Part shown: piece after piece, positions 1 through 10,046 of the stretch
Numbering within the stretch: the first letter of the stretch is position 1
Layout of the letters: each line of letters starts with the position of its first letter
Origin: Reclinomonas americana ATCC 50394
Taxonomy: Eukaryota
DNA length: 36,938 nucleotides
Assembly: GCA_048213135.1 (NCBI GenBank)
Contig: PS015243.1
Coordinates: forward strand, 9,371 to 46,308
Reading direction: 5' to 3'
Notes under the pieces: model-generated
Databases searched by the model: none
The model's input: only the letters and a program-made list of their open reading frames with translations
What the model was told of the DNA's origin: nothing
Program-made: the position numbers and the translations under genes

Positions 1-171
1 TCCGATATTTCCACGAAGTTCTGCAACGCCGTGCCCACGCAGGTCTCCTACAGCCGCCACTGTCCTGTGGTTACATACGCTCGACTCCAGCATGACTGCC
101 CACTGCTGGAAACAGAAAAACTCAGCACTTCGCGTCCTGCATTCCATCACTTGCATTTTGTCGTGAGAGCC

Positions 172-1567
172 ATGGCCAGTTGCGTCTCTTCTCCCTTGCA
201 TTACTGTGGTGTCTGTATGTGCCTGCATCTCTCTCTCTCTCTCTTTCTCTCTCCTATCTCTCTCTCTCTCCTTCTCTCTCTTCTCTTCTCATATCTATTC
301 TTCAGTTGTCTCGCGCAATCTCTGCATCTCTCGCATCTCTCTCTCTCTCACACACACACACTCACCCTGTCTCTGATCATCTCTCTTCCATTGTGCTCAC
401 TCGGTGCATCACGCTGCCTATCATTCTGCTTCTCTCTTTCAATACAGTCACTCTGCATCATGACATCGACCCCCACTGCAGTCACTCTCTTCTCTCTGTC
501 TTTCTCTCACTCGCACATGCTGCAGAGAGAGAGAGAGTGAGAGCGTGAGTGTGAGAGTGAGAATGAGAGCGAGACAGCATAAGGGAGAGCGAGATGGAGA
601 CAGCACCAATGCAGGAGACGGAGATGCAAGATGAGATGCACAGAGAGGCAGATATAGCAGACTGGGGGTCGTTGTGATAATACCTATACACACTCCCGGA
701 CACTCACACGCTCATGCACACAGTCACTGTTCATCACTTGCTGACTGTTGCTCTTTGCACATCTCTTCCTTTCTGTCGCTCTTCTCTGTCTCTGTCACAC
801 ACACACAGACGCACTCATGCACGTAGTCACTCTGCTTCATCGTATCGACATCCACTCTGCTGCCTCTGACCTTCATTGCATCCCGTCTTGTCTCTCAGTA
901 TCTCAGCTCTGTACGTTGCTCTCTCACACACTCATTTCGCATGCACTCACCCTGCGCTTCGCCGACCCCGCTGTCCAGCACTGTCACTGCATCCCAGCTG
1001 TACTCTCTCTCTCTCTCTCGCTCTCTCTGTCGGTCTCGCTCTCTTTTGTTGTCTCTCTCTCAGGCTCGCACGCACACTCATACACACAGTCAGTGCATCA
1101 TTGTCAACCCCCCGATGCTCTTTCTAACTCTCGTTGCATCCCATCTTGTTTCTCAGTCTCTCACACTGTGTGCGTTTCACTCTCACTCACTCATTTCGCA
1201 CCACACCGACCCGCTGTGTGCATCCCGCTTTTCACACCCACAATCAGGCACACACACACACTCATGCACCCTCATGCACACTCATGCACACAGTCAGAGC
1301 ATCATTGCGTCGACCCCCGGTGCTCTTTCTGACTCATTGCATCCCGTCTTGTCTCTCAGTCTCACAACTGTGTGCGTTTCTCTCTCTCTCACTCACTCAT
1401 TTGCATGCACTCACCCTGCGCCACACCGACAACGCTGTGAAGCACTGTCACTGTATCCCAACTTGTCTCACTCACTTGGTCACTCACTTGCTCACTCACT
1501 TGCTCACTCACTTGCTCACTCACTTGCTCACTCACTTGCTCACGCTCTCTGTCTCCCTTTCTCTCTA

Positions 1568-1600
<33 letters not shown>

Positions 1601-3249
1601 TGTCTCACTCAGGCACATGCACGTAGTCACTCTGCTTCAGTGTATCGACATCCACTCTGCTGCCTCTGACCTTCATTGCATCCCGTATTGTCTCTAAGTA
1701 TCTCTCTCGCTTTCTCGCTTTCTTTTTGTTGTCTCTCTCTCTCTCTTTTGTTGTCTCTCTCTCTTTCTTGCTGTCTCTCACACTCGCACACGCACTCATA
1801 CTCACTCGTGCACACAGTCACTACATCATTGTTTCAACCCCCCCGATGCTCTTTCTGACTTTAATTGCATCCCGTTGTTTCTCAGTTTCTCACACTGTGC
1901 GTTTCTCTCTCTCGCTCACTTCGCACCACACCAACCCCGCTGTGCAGCACTGGTACTGCATCCCAACTTGTCTCACTCACTTGCTCACTCTGTCATTCTC
2001 TCTGCTCCCTCCTCTCCTCTCCCCCTCCCCCCTTTCCCTTTTCCTCCCCCTTCCCCCTTTCCTCATCCCACCCCTCTCCCTTACCACCCCCTTCCCCCTT
2101 CCAGATCCCTTCCGCCTCGCCATCCTCGCCCACGCCAGCCCCTACGAAAGCGCCCACAACTCCGGCCTCTCCCCCTCCACCTACCCACTCCTGCAGGCAC
2201 TGCGCGACCGCGGCGAGCACCTCTACCACGTCGACGTGGTCGTGTGGGACAGCGCGCCGGCCAGCGAGCAAGCCGCCCACCTCGCCACCTACGACCTGGT
2301 GCTGGTGCGCGAGACGTGGGACTACCACGAGAAGCCGCGTGCGTGGCGCGAGTTCCTCGCCGCCTTGGCCAGCAGTGGTGCGCGCGTGGCGAACGCCGTG
2401 CGCATCCTGCAGTGGAACACCGACAAGGTGGCGTACTTGAGCGATTTGCAGCGGCAGGGGGTGCCGGTGGTGCACACGGTGGCGGTGCGACGCGGTGAAG
2501 GAGAAGAGGGAGGCGGAGAATGGCGGCCTGTGCCTTCGGTGGAGGAGGTGATGGGTTCGTTTGCGGCGCTGGAGTGGCCGCTGGTGGTGAAGCCGGCCAT
2601 GTCCGCCAATGGGTACATGACGACGCGAGTGTATGGGAGGGAGGAGTTGGAGGCGGCGGTGCGGGAGGTGTTGGCGACGGCGGAGGATGCGGTGGTGATG
2701 GTGCAGCCGTTTATGAGGGGTGTTTTGGAGGAGGGGGAGGTGTCGACGGTGAGGGGGAAGAAGGGAAAGGGGTGAAGGGAAAGGGGTATAAGGGAATGGG
2801 GGAGAAGAGAGAGAAGAGGAGGAAAAGAGCAAGAAAGGGGAGGAGGAGAACAGAGATGAGGTGGGAGAGGGCGTGAGAGAGAACGAAACACAAGAAAGAA
2901 AAAATGAGCACGTAAGACAGAGAAACAGAAAGTACACTAAAGAATGCAACAGGAAAGAAAGTGGTCTTGTTTGCCGTGTTGTCAACACTCCCTCCGACTT
3001 CGCGTCTGACTGGTAGATTACTTTTCTCACTCCCCATTCTGCTCGTTTCCTCACGTGCTCTCGCACTCTCTTTCTCTTTGCACGCACTCTTTATCTCTCT
3101 CGCACACACTAATCCTCCCAACCTAAGTTCCTCCTCTTTCACTCTTTCTCAAACGTTCTCTGCCCATTTCTTCTCTTTCTCATCCTTCTTTCTTTCGTTT
3201 CTTCTACTTCCTCCTCGTCGTGTTATTGGTGTTGTTTTGTTGTTCTTGC

Positions 3250-3280
<31 letters not shown>

Positions 3281-4116
3281 CTTATTCTTCTTCTTCCTCT
3301 TCTTCTTTCTTTTCTTATTCTTGTTCTTGTTCTTTTCCTTTTTCATCTTCTTCTTTCTTCTTTTCTTCTTCTTGTCCTCCTCCGTGTCTTCTTCTTGCTC
3401 TTATCTTCTTCTTCTTGTCTTTGTTTTTCTTCTTGCTTCTCTTCTCCTTCTCAGAAGTGCTTCTCTTCTCCTTCTCAGAGAAGACATTACTTCTCTTTCC
3501 AATCATGAATGCGAAGAGACTTGCTTTTCAGCTCATCTTCCTCCGTTCATGAAGATAAGTAAATCATTCCCTCTCTTTCTTCGTCTTCTTCTTCTTCTTT
3601 CTCCTTCCTCTTCCTCTCCTCTCTCCTCTTCCTCCTCCTCCTCCTCCTCCTCCTCCTCCTCCTCCTCCTCCTCCTCCTCCTCCTCCTCCTCCTCCTCCTC
3701 CTCCTCCCTCCCTCCCTCCCTCCCTCCCTCCCTCCTCCTCCTTTCTCCTTCTCACTCTTTCCCTTTCCCACCAGATCTTCATCGGCCACCAACACGCCGG
3801 CAGCGTGATCAAACGCCCCGCTTCCGGCGAATTCCGCGTGCAGGAGCAATACAAGGGCACGACGCTGGCGCACGAGACCACTCCAGAGCAGCTGGCCAGC
3901 GCCGAGCGCGTGTTGCGGGCCGCCGAGGAGGTCCTCGGTGTCGACGAGAATGGCGACGACTGCTTCTTTTGGTATGCGCGAGTCGACAGTGTGATGGTGG
4001 ATGGCGTGTTGACGCTGATGGAGCTGGAGGTTATTGAGCCGTCGTTGTATGGCGAGAAAATTCCGCAGGCCACCGTGATGATGTGTGAGTTGATTGAGAG
4101 GATGTTGATTGAGTGA
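172..4116 (+). CDS. ATP-grasp ligase of bacterial RimK/glutathione-synthetase-like (DcsG-like) type, ~330 aa; exons 172-178 (tentative), 2105-2748, 3775-4116
   Basis: The spliced translation has family motifs VRETWDY, NAVRILQWNTDKVAYL, PLVVKPAMSANG, MVQPFM..V.EEGEVS|IF, IKRPASGEFRVQEQY and YARVD...LMELEVIEPSLY. Intron 2749-3774 is GT..AG, phase 0. The 7-nt first exon (ATGGCCA|gttgcg) is phase-compatible with the acceptor at 2104 and gives MANPFRLAIL, but it is less certain. Confidence 0.85.
740..2000. repeat. Complex diverged direct repeats with CT/CA microsatellites inside predicted intron 1 of the ATP-grasp gene
   Basis: atgcacgtagtcactctgcttca..tatcgacatccactctgctgcctctgaccttcattgcatcccgt occurs at ~818 and ~1617. 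Related sub-blocks (cgatgctctttct.act...ttgcatccc) occur at ~1112, ~1320 and ~1844. The 12-mer cactcacttgct is in tandem at ~1468-1543. Confidence 0.8.
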
Positions 4117-4590
4117 ATATGGAGAAGGGATTTTTGGCAAGGATTCGAAGGTGCAGGGCTGTGGGACCGCAGCGTGAATCAAAAAAACGCATTCACCAAT
4201 GACAAGCAACAGCTGTCATGATGACCAAGTCCAACAATATTGAAAACATTGTGTTTATTGGATCCACGCCCACTTTGGCGCTGGGAATCTCTTTTGAGCA
4301 GCACGGAGGAGATCGGCTCGAGATGAACTATGAATGAAAGAAGGGTCCCGTTAGCAGATGGAGCAACGCGTACTGCAATTCAGTCTTGGTTTCATGAACA
4401 TGAAATATTCAGGGTGTGGAAGGCTGCTGTGGAATGCACAATTCACCTGCTTATAAGATCTGTCGCCCGTGCCGACAACAAGACATTCCATGATCGCAGA
4501 CAAAGCTCAGCTTCGGCAAAATTCAGAAGCAAATCAAGCATGTTGTGGGCACACGCGCAACACGTTTGCTTTATCTCACACGCATTCATC

Positions 4591-7533
4591 TCACAGTTCC
4601 ATTGTGAACTGCCCACATGCATCGCGCAGCGTACGCATCACATCGAGCACCTCTTGCGAGGTTGGCCGATCGCGTCGCACACTCATGCATCGCATGCCGA
4701 GTTCGAACATGGGTTCGACGATCCGCGGCGTCCATTCCACGCGAGCGTCCACCAACTCCATGGGGCGCAACGAGGCAGCAGAGCGATCCCATCTCACTGA
4801 CCAATCCACCACCGTCGCCACGGGCTTCCCAGTGACCAGCTGCACCAGCACAATGCCCATGCTGTACACGTCGTGCTCTGGATCTGGAATCCGCACACGC
4901 ATCGCCAGTGGGTCCATGTAGTCCAGCGTGCCGGCGGCGGTGGTCGTCTGTGTGGCCAGGAAATGAGACAGTGAAGAAGAGAGAGGAAAAGGAACCAAAC
5001 AAACCTTGCCATCTGCAATCGACCGTGCAATGCCAAAGTCACCGAGACATGGCTCCAGTCGGTGATCGAGAAGTACATTGGAGGGCTTGATGTCGCGGTG
5101 TACCACGTTGTTCTGTGAAGAGAGATGAGTGAGGCGAGGAACAAAGCATGGAAACACAACAGCGAGAAAAGGAGAAAGTGTGAGAGACTTGGAGAAACAC
5201 GAACAGCACGAGAGCGACAAGGAGAGAGAGCACACGAGACTTGTTGGCGATCACTGGTAGATGCTCATTGTTGTGTATGGATTAGTGAAGTTTTTATTAT
5301 TATGAAGAGAAAAGGGGCAAGAACAGAGAGCGAGGACTATTCAGGGAGAGAACACGTGAGAGTGGAAGAGACAAGAACAGCAAATGAGTGACGAAAAGAG
5401 AAGAGGAAGAGAGTGCAGCGACAGAGAGCTCGGGTGACGGAAAGGGTGGATGGGAGATGGAGGATGGATCGACATCGCACAAACCTTGTGCAGGAACACC
5501 ACAGCCTCGGCCAGTCCGAGACCAATCTGCACACGCTGTACGACCGTGAGTGGTACCCGACCAGCACGAGGCAGCAGCAGCAGATCCTCCAGGTTGGGAA
5601 CTCTGCGTGTTACACAGTGAGGAGGTAATGCGAGAGAAAAGGAAAGGAGAGAGATGAACACGCACTGCAGGGCCTTGTACACGAGACAGCGTGCCTTGTC
5701 GTCCCCCACCGAGAAGCCGACAAGGGGGACAATGCGACGGTCACGCAGACGACTGAGGGTGGCCACCTGCGAGATGAGGAGAATGAGAGAGAGAGAGAAG
5801 AAACAGGAGAGAAGGAGAGAGACACAAACCTCACTCTCAAACGACTCCATTGTCCACGGAGCGTCGGGATCGAGCACCTTGATGGCCACGTGCATTTCGC
5901 GGAGTATGGAGATAAAGACGGCACCCTGACCACCTTCACCGACCTTGAGGCGTGGGGAGAATGAATCGGTGGCTTGCACTATCTCGGGCCACTCGAAGCG
6001 CTGTACGGCGGTGTCGACTGTGCAAGGTGTGACAGGGAAGTGAGAGATGAGTGAGAATGAATGACGTTGAACACTGATGTGAAGAAAGAAAGAGGGGCAA
6101 GAGGCAGACCTTGGGTGAGGAGGAGATCCTGTCGCAGCTGAGAGATGAGTTGATTGCTTTCTTGCAGCTGCGCGGCGAGATCGTCCTTGTCGCGCAGGGC
6201 CGCAGTCAGCTGAGCCTGCAGTTGGCCATGAGCTTGCTGCAATTGCGTGATTTGATGTTGTCCGTCAGCGTGAGCTCGCTGCCATTCTGAGTTGGCTTGT
6301 TGAAGTTGGGCATTCCTCTGCTGCTCACTGGCATGCGCTCGCTGCCACTCCGTGTTGGCTTGCTGCAGTTGGGCGACCTTGTGCTGCTCCTCGACCTTGG
6401 CTCGCTCAAGCTCCGCGTTGATTCGCTGCAACTGGGCATTTTTCTCCTGCTCCTCGGCCTTGCCTCCTTCGAGCTGTGCATTGGCTCGCTGCAGCTGAGC
6501 GACAATGTCCTCCAAGTCTCGTCGCTGTCGATCCCACTCTCGCTGCTGCTGCTCTCGCTCCTGTTGCGCGGCGGCAAAATCGCGCTGGAGTTGCGCAAGA
6601 AGTGCGTCCTTGTCGGCGAGCTGGCGTGCGACGGTGAGATCATCAACAGCCGACTGCAATTTACGAGAGTGCGGGGGAGACACGGAACGGATGCGAGAAG
6701 TGAGTTTCACGAGCAACAGGAAGCAGAGAGTGGCAGCACTCTGTCTCACCTGGCGTGCTGGCACTGCATCATATTGGCCAGGAACGACACACAAGGACAA
6801 ACACAGATGGTGGAGCGTGAGCACGAACACACCATGCCAACACACATAGAGGTCAAACCTGCAGGAGGCGGGGATCGCGGCTGCTGAAGTTGCTGTTGGC
6901 GTGGTGGAGCTGGTTGCGCAGCGAGGTGGTTGAGCATGTCGGCAACTTGCTGCTTGCCTTCGTCGCGTGCCCACTGAGCCGCCGTCTTGCCCTTCTTGTT
7001 GACCATGGGAATGAGGTCGGGAAAGCGACTGGCGAGGAGTTGCACAATGGCTTCGCGGCCATTGTAGGCAGCATAATGCAGAGCAGTGGACTGTGGACTG
7101 CCTTCACGATCATTGGTGACTGCCCGCACCATCTCCGGCGGACATCGTCGCTCATCGGCAAGCAACCACTCCACCACTTGCAGCTGCCCATTGTAGGCAG
7201 CCGTCATCAGTGGCGTCCAGCCATAGTCGCTGACCATTTGTGCTAATTGCGGGCCCACGCCACTCTGCTCCCACAAATACTCCAACACAGAGAGATGGCC
7301 TTTCCAAGCGGCATAGTAAAATGCCGAGCGGCCAACATAATCCATCTCCTCTCTCATCAGCAGCGTTTGTGCACCCTCACGCGCCACCAACTCGCGCAGT
7401 GCCTTCACATCACCCTTCTCCGCCATCTCCCATGCTTTCTTTCGACGAGCACTGCCACCAAAGAGGCAAAAGCAGAAGCGCGAGTGAGAGTGAGAGTGAG
7501 AATGCCACCTGACAACATCACAGCACACCTCAT
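4591..7533 (-). CDS. Copy A: ankyrin-repeat / coiled-coil / IRAK-Pelle-like Ser/Thr kinase (9 exons, apparently intact)
   Basis: ANK exon 6859-7451 contains SAFYYAAWKGH, TPLMTAAYNGQ and TALHYAAYNGR, followed by a Q/E-rich heptad exon. Kinase motifs are RFEWPEIVQATDSFS..KVGEGGQGAVF, VAIK, CLVY, HRDIKPSN, DFG, GTLDYMDP and DVYSMG. Intron positions match copy D. Confidence 0.9.
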
Positions 7534-7913
7534 TTTCTTTGATCCCGAGACTGAAGGGGAAACGATAGTATCTCTCTATCTATCTATCTCGGCGCCTGAC
7601 ACACCCTGCGCCCTCTTCCCCTGGACTGCCTTTCTCCGCGTGTCCTGTTTCATGCTGGACGGCAATGGATCGACGTTGTGTTGTGCGATGACTTGCGAGA
7701 GTAACTTCTGTGAAGTGCAGAACGGCTTCATCACATGGCAAACTTTGTCGCTAACTTGGGTATCTGGTGACAGCTTCATTTCGACAGCATGAATGGTGCA
7801 GTCGATCACGATCTGCGCGTCAAACGCATCCTCTCACTTGGCCACGGCCTTCCTCCAGTGACTCATTTTTACTTACATTCATCTCAACGCTTCTCCAGCA
7901 CGTCGGACTTGGA

Positions 7914-9024
7914 TCAATCCTCTTCACGCAGATGCGCAGCGCGATCATCCTTGTCGCGCAGTGCAGCAGTCAGTTGACTCTGCAGTTGACCATGAGCTCG
8001 CTGCCACTCTGCATTGCCTTGCTGCAGCTCCGAGACAGATCGCTGCAGCTGAGCGATGATTTCTTCGTACTCCCGTCGCTGCCGATCCCACTCTCGCTGC
8101 TGATCCACTCGTTCCTGCTGCGCTGCTGCAAGATCGCGCTGGAGTTGTGCGAGGAGTGTGTCCTTGTCGGCCAGCTGGCGTTGCAATGTGGCGAGATCGT
8201 CGTCAGCCGCCTGCAAGAAGCCAGATGTGACACAAGAGTTCGCGGGTGAAATGGAACACAAGGACGATCAACAGACGCACAGGTTGACACTCACTGTCTC
8301 ACCTGGCCCACTGGCGCTGCGTCTTTCGCCCGGGGATGAATGTGTGAGCACGAATCACAACTTGACAGCACCCAAGAGAGACTCCACACCTGCTGATAGA
8401 GGAGACTGCGCAGCGAGTCGGTCAAGCAACTCGGCCGCCGCAGGGTTGTCGTTATCGCGCGCCACCTGCGCCGCCGTCTTCCCCTCTTTGTCGACCATGG
8501 GAACGAGTTCGGGGAAGCGAGTGGCGAGGAGTTGCACGATGGCTTCGCGGCCTCGATAGGCAGCATAATGCAGTGCAGTGAAATGCGGATAGAAGTCACG
8601 GTCATAGGAGACCGCCCGCACCATCTCCTTCGGACATCGTCGCTCATCGGCAAGCAACCACTCCACCACATGCAAATGCCCATAGTAGGCAGCCGACATC
8701 AGTGGCGTCGAGCCCCAATCGCTGACCATTTGTGCTACTTGCGGGCCCACGCCACTCTCCTCCCACAAATACTCCAACACAGAGAGATGGCCTCTGGCAG
8801 CGGCATTGTGAAATGCCGACCAGCCAGCACTTCCCATCTCCTCTCTTTTCAGCAGAGTGCGTGCTCCCTTACGCGCCACCAACTCGCGCAGTGCCTGCAC
8901 ATCACCATCATAAGCCATCTGCCATGCTTTCTTCCGAGGAGCACTGCCACCAAAGAGGCAAAGGCAGAAGCGCGAGTGAGAGTGAGAGAGGAATGCCACC
9001 TGACAACATCATAGCACACCTCAT
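7914..9024 (-). CDS. Copy B: ankyrin-repeat / short coiled-coil protein with no kinase domain
   Basis: Exons 9020-9024, 8390-8943, 8303-8316 and 7914-8210 are phase-consistent. The frame ends ...AAHLREED-TGA where paralogs continue QEKDQL. Only ~260 bp separate this stop from copy A's upstream motif, and no kinase sequence lies there. Confidence 0.75.
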
Positions 9025-9480
9025 TTTCTTTGATCACGAGAATGAAAAGAAACAACAGCAACACACTCTCTCTCTCTCCCTCTCCCTCTCTCTCTCTCCT
9101 CTGCCTCACACTCACTGTGTAATGATTTTTCCGCGGGTCCTGTTCCATGTGCGGACAGAGATGCATTGGCGACGTCGTGTTCTCGCCAGGAGAGATCTGT
9201 TGAGTTGATCAGAAGGGTGCTGTGCACACAAGTCAGCCCTTGCTCACTAATATTGCCTTGCGCCAGCTGCAAGTCAACAGCAAGACGTTCCTCAATCATG
9301 CTTCACGACGCATGTCGCGTCCACATTCCGACGACGCTGACAGCAAGGCAGCGTATTCCTCGGTCACTGGATAATGCTGATCCGCGCCAGCTCTATCGAA
9401 CGACGTATTCCTCGCGTGACTGTCTCTGGCTCAATTCACTTGCTTTCATCATGTCAAAGTACCATGGTAATCTGCACACA

Positions 9481-9648
9481 CCTCGCGCATCACATCGAAC
9501 AGCTCCTGCGACGTCTGGTTCATGCATCGCCTGTCGAGATCGAACATGCGTTCAGCGATGCGCGGTGTCCACACTGCTCTACTATCCGCAAGCTCCATGG
9601 GTGCAGCGAAGAAAGCAAGTCGTCCGACTTGCCAAGCAAGCGACCACC
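9481..9648 (-). pseudogene. Decayed remnant of the last Pelle-kinase exon
   Basis: Translates PMELADSRAVWTPRIAERMFDLDRRCMNQTSQELFDVMR, against PMELVDARVEWTPRIVEPMFELGMRCMSVRRDRPTSQEVLDVMR in copy A. The RRDRP segment is deleted and no upstream kinase exons are present. Confidence 0.85.
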
Positions 9649-9674
9649 TCCTGCCTCCTGTCTGCCGTCTCTCA

Positions 9675-9817
9675 CTACGACGGTCCAGCCGCAGCCGCTC
9701 CAAGCCCTCCTACCACGCCGGCTGCCTCGCACAATCGCTTCAGCTCGTCGTGCACATATGTTGCTGACACGCGCGTTGCTTGCGGCCTCTGCATCGCACG
9801 AAGACTGAGTCCTCGTT

Positions 9818-9860
<43 letters not shown>

Positions 9861-9927
9861 TACAAACACTCTCTTTGTGTGTCTGTCTGACAGGCTGTCT
9901 GTCTGCCTATCTATCTGCATGTCTGCC

Positions 9928-9960
<33 letters not shown>

Positions 9961-9971
9961 GGCTGGCTGGC

Positions 9972-10046
<75 letters not shown>

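Noticed and set aside
740-2000. CRISPR array or transposon in the repeat block
   Set aside because: There is no constant repeat with unique spacers, and no terminal inverted repeats, target duplication or transposase ORF. It is diverged intronic satellite-like DNA.
2961-3774. Long Leu/Ser/Phe-rich 'membrane protein' ORFs (also 748-2100, 20876-21640, 27054-28320, 34805-36270)
   Set aside because: These are translations of CT/CTT/CCT microsatellite tracts in introns or spacers, which lack stop codons for compositional reasons.
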